NCBI GenBank assembly: GCA_003507445.1
Contig: DNVR01000019.1
Span: 76,395-140,394 of the forward strand
From: Candidatus Moraniibacteriota bacterium
Lineage (GTDB): Bacteria > Patescibacteriota > Minisyncoccia > Moranbacterales > GWC2-37-73
Reading direction: 5' to 3'
DNA: 64,000 bases
The notes under the pieces were generated by a model. The model was not told the DNA's origin, did no database searches, and saw only the letters and a program-made list of their open reading frames with translations. Shown here one piece after another: positions 58,538 to 64,000 of this stretch (positions are counted from its first letter, which is position 1; each line of letters begins with the position of its first letter). The position numbers were made by a program, and so were the translations under genes.

Positions 58538-58867
58538 ATGTCAAAAGTAATAGAACTTACAGACAAAACATTCAAAGAGGAAGTGCTTGAATCAAAAGAA
58601 ATTGTGTTGGTTGATTTTTGGGCACCTTGGTGTGGACCGTGTCGTATGATGGCTCCAATTTTGGATGAACTCGCAGTTGAGCTTGATGGAAAAGTAAAAA
58701 TTACAAAGCTTGATGTTGAGAATCCTGCTCATCAAGCATTGGCAATGGAATTTCAAATTCAAAGCATTCCTAATATGAAAGTTTTTAAGGATGGAAAAGT
58801 TATCAGGGAAATAATTGGTTTTAACGCCAAGGAAAAATTGAGAGAAGAAATAGAAATACTACTTTAA
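58538..58867 (+). CDS. trxA: Thioredoxin
   Basis: WAPWCGPC. Confidence 0.97.
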   Translation: MSKVIELTDKTFKEEVLESKEIVLVDFWAPWCGPCRMMAPILDELAVELDGKVKITKLDVENPAHQALAMEFQIQSIPNMKVFKDGKVIREIIGFNAKEKLREEIEILL

Positions 58868-58872
58868 CAGAC

Positions 58873-58961
58873 GTATAACATAAAATATAAAACATGGAGC
58901 ATGGAACATGGAGCAAGAATTTTTGATCCAATGATCTATGCTGTATGATCCATGATTCATG
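58873..58961. repeat. Heptamer array (CATGGAR) with inverted arm
   Basis: catggagcatggaacatggagc ... tgatctatgctgtatgatccatgattcatg. Confidence 0.75.
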
Positions 58962-59876
58962 ATTTACGATTTAGCGATAATTGGCAGTGGACCTGCGGGG
59001 CTTTCGGCTTCGGTGTATGCTTCACGTTATGGAATTTCCAATGTGGTGATTGGTGGAATTTCAGGGGGGCTCACAACGCAAACTCATGAGATTGGAAACT
59101 GGCTTGGAACTGAAAAGATTAGTGGTTTTGATTTTGCACAAAAAGCTGAAGCGCATTGCAAAAGTTATGACAAAGCCGAAGTCGTTAATACTTTGGTTGA
59201 TGAAATTACTGAAAATGAAAACGGATACATTTTGTTTTTGAGTAATGGAAGTAAAGTTGAAGCAAAAACAATTTTGTTAGCGATGGGAACCAAGCATCGA
59301 CACTTGGGCGTGCCTGGGGAAAAAGAATTTGCTGGCAAAGGTGTTTCATATTGCGCAACTTGTGATGGATTTTTTTATCGCGGAAAAACCGTGGCAGTGG
59401 TTGGCGGAAATGATAGTGCTGCAGGCGCCGCTGTGTATTTGGGAGATATTGCTGAAAAAGTTTATTTGATTTATCGCGGGGAAAAACTTAGATGCGAAAC
59501 TTTTTGGGGAGAGTCAATCGGGAAAAATCCAAAAATAGAAAGTATTTTTATGACAAACATCAAAGAAATTAAGGGCGAGCAGAAAGTGGAAGAATTAATT
59601 TTGGACAGTCCATATAAAAATAGTGAAACATTGAAAGTTGATGGTGTATTTGCTGAAATTGGTAGTGATCCAAATACTGAATTGATAAAAAATTTGGAAG
59701 TCGAGTTGGATGAGCAAGGTTATGTGAAGATAGATACTTCTGGTAGAACCAGTAAGAAAGGTGTTTGGGCAGCAGGGGACATCACAACTGGCTCCGATAA
59801 GTTTAAACAAATTATTACTGCCGCCGCCGAAGGCGCAGTCGCTGCACATAGTATTCAAGAATTTTTGAAAAAATAA
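58959..59876 (+). CDS. trxB: Thioredoxin-disulfide reductase
   Basis: GSGPAG, GVSYCATCDG, GGNDSA, AAGD. Confidence 0.93.
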   Translation: MIYDLAIIGSGPAGLSASVYASRYGISNVVIGGISGGLTTQTHEIGNWLGTEKISGFDFAQKAEAHCKSYDKAEVVNTLVDEITENENGYILFLSNGSKVEAKTILLAMGTKHRHLGVPGEKEFAGKGVSYCATCDGFFYRGKTVAVVGGNDSAAGAAVYLGDIAEKVYLIYRGEKLRCETFWGESIGKNPKIESIFMTNIKEIKGEQKVEELILDSPYKNSETLKVDGVFAEIGSDPNTELIKNLEVELDEQGYVKIDTSGRTSKKGVWAAGDITTGSDKFKQIITAAAEGAVAAHSIQEFLKK

Positions 59877-59897
59877 AAAACAAAAAAATATATTATC

Positions 59898-59927
59898 AGA
59901 GCCCGACGAATGTTTCCGTCGGGCTCT
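59898..59927. terminator. Hairpin between convergent genes
   Basis: agagcccgacg..cgtcgggctct. Confidence 0.7.
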
Positions 59928-59931
59928 AGTT

Positions 59932-60255
59932 TTACGTTTCCACTATACCGGGATAGGCAAATTCTGGATGTGGCGTTGCCCTGTGTCCGTTGTGTATCCA
60001 ACTTCGCACCTCTTCCTGACTAAGAGTCTTTTCTCCGTGCTTCTTCCTTATGAGATCGCTGAGTCCAGGTGTGGGACTCATATTACTTTCATCTTCCCTA
60101 AGGATGATTTTTGATCCTATGGCTGCAGGTTTTGCGCGAGCTTTTCTGGTTTCATCCGAGATGTTGTTTTTTAGGTCGCCTTCCTTGTCGTTATCTCTTT
60201 GAAGCGCCCTTTTTGCTCCGCGTAAAGCTTTTAGTCGTTTTCCATTTCTGCTCAT
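59932..60255 (-). CDS. Hypothetical basic protein
   Basis: RBS aggagg before ATG 60255; terminator downstream. Confidence 0.55.
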   Translation of the reverse strand: MSRNGKRLKALRGAKRALQRDNDKEGDLKNNISDETRKARAKPAAIGSKIILREDESNMSPTPGLSDLIRKKHGEKTLSQEEVRSWIHNGHRATPHPEFAYPGIVET

Positions 60256-60467
60256 GTTTCCTCCTGGTTTTGGAAAGAGTATTAGCACTAGAACGAGGAT
60301 TTTTTGATTTCACCTCCTTTATTTTTGGTTCTAGCGCATCAATTTGTAAGCTACTTCTAGCTTAATACTTTAACAATTAATGTCAAATGCAGTATATTTA
60401 ATGTTTGGATTCTCAGCTATGGACAAATATTTTCTTTTTGGTATAATTGTTTTTGTAGCTCAAATAT

Positions 60468-60543
60468 GGGCCGGTAGCTCACCTGGTAGAGCGCCTCACT
60501 TGCACTGAGGAGGTAGCGGGTTCAAGTCCTGTCCGGTCCACCA
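60468..60543 (+). tRNA. tRNA-Ala(UGC)
   Basis: Cloverleaf gggccgg..ccggtcc-a-cca, G3:U70 pair, anticodon loop ct-TGC-ac, GTTCAAG T-loop. Confidence 0.97.
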
Positions 60544-60618
60544 AACTAACTAACAACTCACAACTAGCAACTAACAACGTTCATTTGTTGATAGTTGTAT
60601 GTTATCAGTTATAAGTTA
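60544..60618. repeat. Heptamer inverted array between the two tRNAs
   Basis: aactaacaactcacaactagcaactaacaac ... gttgatagttgtatgttatcagttataagtt. Confidence 0.8.
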
Positions 60619-60622
60619 TTTT

Positions 60623-60696
60623 GGGCTTATAGCTCAGCTGGTTAGAGCGCGTCACTGATAATGACGAGGTCTCAAGTTCGAATCTTGATAAGCCCA
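60623..60696 (+). tRNA. tRNA-Ile(GAU), CCA not encoded
   Basis: gggctta..taagccc-a; anticodon stem cgtca/tgacg with ct-GAT-aa; GTTCGAAT. Confidence 0.96.
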
Positions 60697-60738
60697 CAGT
60701 TTTTTTATAAAATATTTTGCAGTAAAAAGGAGGCAGAA

Positions 60739-61143
60739 ATGATTTTCTTGGGCGTAGGAAGAGAATTATTGGAAGAGATAGGTATTGATGATAACTTCAG
60801 CTTGTTATTTTTAAAGGCCGGCATTGAGCTTGATTATTTCAGACTTAAAAAAAGTACTGACTTTCAAAATCGTGATAAGGTCTTGAGATTTATCTCTGCT
60901 GTTGTTCATAAAGATGCTCCCGAACTCGTAGATCCTTTCGTGGTTGTTTTCTTCAAGAAATCTTTACAGGTAGCCGGATATCTATCGAAGAGGGCTAGAT
61001 ACGTCATTGATTTATGTAATGATGTTGATGTTGTAAAAAAACAACTGGAAAAAATTGGCGAGTTGGATGATGAAAGCCTGAGAAAATTGATCAGGCTCAT
61101 GGCTATATTTTCAATGAATGCTGCAAATATTGAAAGAGGATAA
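60739..61143 (+). CDS. Hypothetical protein
   Basis: RBS aggagg before ATG 60739; the longer ORF-track start overlaps the tRNA. Confidence 0.6.
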   Translation: MIFLGVGRELLEEIGIDDNFSLLFLKAGIELDYFRLKKSTDFQNRDKVLRFISAVVHKDAPELVDPFVVVFFKKSLQVAGYLSKRARYVIDLCNDVDVVKKQLEKIGELDDESLRKLIRLMAIFSMNAANIERG

Positions 61144-61267
61144 TCTTTGTTGTTTCAATGTATTTTGACCCGTCGATGGTGGCGGGTCTTTAATTTGACA
61201 AAAAACCGCAGATAATGTACACTTTAAATAAAGAAAGCCCCAGGGGCTTTTTAAAAAACCTTAAAAT

Positions 61268-61357
61268 CATATAGCATATAGCATATAGCATATAGCAAAA
61301 ATACCAATAAAGTTGCTGTTTGCCTAAAATTGTTACATGTTACATGTTACATGTTAA
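61268..61357. repeat. Heptamer array (CATATAG x4) with inverted arm (TGTTACA x4)
   Basis: catatagcatatagcatatagcatatagca ... tgttacatgttacatgttacatgtta. Confidence 0.9.
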
Positions 61358-61543
61358 ATGAATAGTATTATACAGTTTTTCCTTGAAGCTAAGGCAGAAA
61401 TGCTGAAAGTGAATTGGCCAACAAAGAAGCAAACAGTGAATTATACATTGCTTGTGGTCGCAGTTAGTTTGGTTGTTGCAGGATTTCTTGGAGGATTGGA
61501 CTGGATTTTTAGTTACATCTTGAAGACATTTATCATAAAGTAA
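61358..61543 (+). CDS. secE: Preprotein translocase subunit SecE
   Basis: EMLKVNWPTKKQ plus TM helix; upstream of nusG. Confidence 0.95.
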   Translation: MNSIIQFFLEAKAEMLKVNWPTKKQTVNYTLLVVAVSLVVAGFLGGLDWIFSYILKTFIIK

Positions 61544-61707
61544 AAATATTGAGTGGCATCCCAGTCACGATTCCAAAGATAGTTTTCTGAAATTTGTAGT
61601 TATGCTCACGGAATCGCCTATGGCTTTGTCACATGTAGTTTAAGGATTAATTAAAGAATCGAGACGGGACGCTCATTTTTGTAGCTGCTCGTACCTCGCA
61701 GACAAAA

Positions 61708-62253
61708 ATGGCGAAACAGACACAACATCATGGGCGAGCTTGGTATGTGATTCACACATACTCTGGCTATGAAGACAATGTTACTCGAAATTTGAAGCAG
61801 CGTATTGAATCAATGGATATGCAAGACTTGATCTTCGATGTAATGGTGCCAAAGGAAAACAAGATTAAAATTAAGAATGGAAAAAGAACTGTTATTGAAG
61901 AACGAATTTACCCAGGATACGTATTGGTAAATATGGTGGTGACTGATGCATCTTGGTATGTTGTTCGAAACACGCCGAACGTGACTGGATTTATTGGGCT
62001 TGGAACAACACCAACGCCAGTTGATCCAAAGGAAATAGAAATGCTTAAAAAGAGAATGGGTGTTTCTGAACCAAAATACAAGATTGATCTTAAAAATGGT
62101 GATGCAGTTAAAATCAACGAAGGACCATTTAAAGATTTTGATGGAAAGGTTCAAGAATTTGATGAAGAGAAAGGTAAAGTTAAAGTGTTGGTTACAATTT
62201 TCGGACGTGAAACACCAGTTGAATTGGATTTCTTGCAGATTACTAAAATATAA
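61708..62253 (+). CDS. nusG: Transcription factor NusG
   Basis: WYVIHTYSGYE, YPGYVLV, FGRETPVELDF. Confidence 0.98.
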   Translation: MAKQTQHHGRAWYVIHTYSGYEDNVTRNLKQRIESMDMQDLIFDVMVPKENKIKIKNGKRTVIEERIYPGYVLVNMVVTDASWYVVRNTPNVTGFIGLGTTPTPVDPKEIEMLKKRMGVSEPKYKIDLKNGDAVKINEGPFKDFDGKVQEFDEEKGKVKVLVTIFGRETPVELDFLQITKI

Positions 62254-62256
62254 ATT

Positions 62257-62350
62257 CATATAACATACAACATAGAACATAGAACAAGGGAATTCAGTAC
62301 TGCACGCTTCTGGCATATCTGCTCCATGTTCCATGCTCCATGTTCCATGA
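62257..62350. repeat. Heptamer array (CATAGAA) with inverted arm (TGTTCCA)
   Basis: catataacatacaacatagaacatagaac ... tgctccatgttccatgctccatgttccatga. Confidence 0.85.
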
Positions 62351-62356
62351 AGCATT

Positions 62357-62785
62357 ATGGCGAAGAAAATTAAAACAGTTATTAAATTGCAAATAGTTGG
62401 TGGAAAAGCAAATCCAGCTCCTCCAGTCGGTCCAGTTTTGGGTCAACACGGCGTTGCTATTCAAGAATTTTGCGTGCGTTTCAATGACGCAACTCGCGAC
62501 AAAATGGGAGAAGTTGTGCCAGTTGAAATTACAGTTTTTGAAGATAGAACTTTTGATTTTATTATGAAGACTGCTCCAGCAGCAGAACTTTTGAAGAAAG
62601 CTGCAGGTGCTGAAAAAGGTGCTGGAAATCCTTTGAAAGATAAAGTTGGAAAACCTGTTACCAAGGCTCAATTGGAAGAAATTGCAAAAACTAAAATGGT
62701 TGATCTTAATGCAAATGATGTTGAGGGTGCAATGAAAATTGTGGCAGGAACTGCAAGATCAATGGGAATAAAGATAGAAAACTAG
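62357..62785 (+). CDS. rplK: 50S ribosomal protein L11
   Basis: [22 protein letters not shown]. Confidence 0.99.
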   Translation: MAKKIKTVIKLQIVGGKANPAPPVGPVLGQHGVAIQEFCVRFNDATRDKMGEVVPVEITVFEDRTFDFIMKTAPAAELLKKAAGAEKGAGNPLKDKVGKPVTKAQLEEIAKTKMVDLNANDVEGAMKIVAGTARSMGIKIEN

Positions 62786-62788
62786 AAC

Positions 62789-62883
62789 CCACAAATATAC
62801 AAATAGGCTACAAATCTACAAATAAAATACAAAACAAAAAAAGAGTCCATTTGTAGATTTGTAAGAGATTTGTAGATTCGTGG
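62789..62883. repeat. Inverted array of (C/T)ACAAAT units
   Basis: cacaaatatacaaataggctacaaatctacaaat ... atttgtagatttgtaagagatttgtagattcgtg; the left arm also occurs at about 15015-15050. Confidence 0.8.
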
Positions 62884-62899
62884 GGTATAAATAATAATA

Positions 62900-62943
62900 T
62901 GTGGGAGAAGTAGGCGGTTATCGCAAACTTTGTTTGTACCACA
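62900..62943 (+). promoter_or_regulatory. Probable L1-binding autoregulatory leader
   Basis: tgtgggag...gtaccaca stem with GGGAG internal-loop motif just before rplA. Confidence 0.55.
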
Positions 62944-62951
62944 ATAAAAAG

Positions 62952-63629
62952 ATGAAAAGAGGAAAAAAGTACAAGGCTGTTGCCGAGAAAGTAGAAAAAA
63001 ACAAACTTTACACTGCCGAGGAAGCTTTGGCTCTTGTGAGAGAAACAAAGACTGCAAAGTTTGATGAAGCTGTTGAGGTTCATATCAGATTGGCTGTTGA
63101 TCCAAAAAAAGGTGACCAGCAAGTTCGTGGAGCTGTTGTTCTTCCACACGGAATCGGCAAAGCTGCCAGAATTGCAGTAATCACTTCAACCAAAGCAACT
63201 GAGGCAAAAGAAGCTGGTGCTGATTTTGTTGGAGCTGAAGATTTGATTGAAAAAATCAAACTTGGAAAAATGGAAGAAGTTGATGTGATCGTTGCTTCTC
63301 CTGAAATGATGCCAAAACTTGCAGCAGTAGCTAAGATACTTGGACCCCGTGGGCTTATGCCATCACCTAAGACTGAAACAGTAACAGACAAAATCAAAGA
63401 AGCTGTTGAAATGCTTAAAAAAGGAAAATTGAGTTTCAAAAACGACAATACTGGAAATGTTCACCAAGTTATTGGAAAAGTTTCTTTTGATGCTAAAAAG
63501 TTGGAAGAAAATTATGCAATGTTTGTTGATGCAATCCAAAAGGCTCGTCCATCTGGAATCAAGGGAAAATATGTGATGACAATCTCCATTTGCTCAACCA
63601 TGGGACCGGGAATCAAAATAGCTTTATAG
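62952..63629 (+). CDS. rplA: 50S ribosomal protein L1
   Basis: AKFDEAVE, VLPHG, ILGPRGLMP, STMGPGI. Confidence 0.99.
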   Translation: MKRGKKYKAVAEKVEKNKLYTAEEALALVRETKTAKFDEAVEVHIRLAVDPKKGDQQVRGAVVLPHGIGKAARIAVITSTKATEAKEAGADFVGAEDLIEKIKLGKMEEVDVIVASPEMMPKLAAVAKILGPRGLMPSPKTETVTDKIKEAVEMLKKGKLSFKNDNTGNVHQVIGKVSFDAKKLEENYAMFVDAIQKARPSGIKGKYVMTISICSTMGPGIKIAL

Positions 63630-63651
63630 GCTTTAGCTTCTTAGAAGATAC

Positions 63652-63689
63652 ACACAAAAAAGACATTCACAGGAATGTCTTTTTTGTGT
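63652..63689 (+). terminator. Intrinsic terminator
   Basis: acacaaaaaagacattc-acag-gaatgtcttttttgtgt. Confidence 0.8.
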
Positions 63690-63700
63690 TGTAATATTTA

Positions 63701-63736
63701 TCCTGTTAAATTGCTTTAGGCAGTATTTAACGGGGA
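63701..63736. mobile_element. CCTGTTAAAT..ATTTAACGGG hairpin element
   Basis: Same termini as 18611-18665. Confidence 0.7.
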
Positions 63737-63802
63737 GGTATTTACTGGATTTGATTAAGTGTATATAATGAAAGAACCTAAGTAATTCCTTCATATAAAT
63801 TT

Positions 63803-64000
63803 ATGTCCAAATTAATTCTGGGTATTGTTGGGGAAATGGGAAGTGGTAAGGGTTCTGTGGCAAAACATATTGAACAAAATTATAATGCCGGCACGCACAA
63901 GTTTTCACAGATACTTCGAGATATTTTGGATCGTATTTATATCGAACAAAGTAGGGAAAGTATCACAACGTTGTCTCTTATTTTGAGAAAAAATTTCGGC
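63803..64000 (+). CDS. P-loop kinase (dephospho-CoA/nucleotide kinase-like), partial
   Basis: MSKLILGIVGEMGSGKGSVAK Walker A; runs off the window. Confidence 0.75.
   Translation, partial: MSKLILGIVGEMGSGKGSVAKHIEQNYNAGTHKFSQILRDILDRIYIEQSRESITTLSLILRKNFG

Noticed and set aside
60661-60738. ORF start at 60661
   Set aside because: It overlaps tRNA-Ile; an RBS-supported ATG lies at 60739
1-64000. Alternative genetic code (TGA read as Gly/Trp)
   Set aside because: Long genes are open under code 11, and TGA terminates ileS, rsmI and the CsoR-family gene at expected positions

Overview
Low-GC, gene-dense bacterial chromosome segment using genetic code 11, with most genes on the + strand. Gene content (type-2 IleRS, Elp3, CPYG thioredoxin-fold protein, almost no biosynthesis genes) suggests Patescibacteria/CPR, possibly Moranbacteria-like; this is inference. 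It carries housekeeping genes (ftsK end, rodZ-like, recA, efp, rpsR-ssb-rpsF, uvrB, two uvrA, uvrC, rsmI, argS, ileS with a T-box, recO, tgt, folD, leuS, rlmN, elp3, trxA/trxB, secE-nusG-rplK-rplA), tRNA-Ala(UGC), tRNA-Ile(GAU), a copper-export locus and several secreted proteins. The most striking signal is a dense population of tiny repeat elements in at least five families: 7-bp (also 8/9-bp) tandem arrays that are often paired as inverted arms, TGTCAT..ATGACA double hairpins, CCC-GT..AC-GGG hairpins, GTAGAGA palindromes and a 30-bp double hairpin. They fill many intergenic spacers, sit inside the T-box, and are inserted in frame into conserved proteins (UvrC x5, Elp3 x2, Tgt x2, IleRS x2, ArgRS x2, UvrA, CopA, RlmN, RsmI). 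Other candidates are a duplicated 132-bp structured element with a compensatory base-pair change before two copper genes, an upstream CC/PP leader ORF, a divergent Elp3 + Trm9-like pair, a CstR-like regulator of trxAB, and an NRAMP fused to an HTH. All calls were made by eye; no database searches were run.
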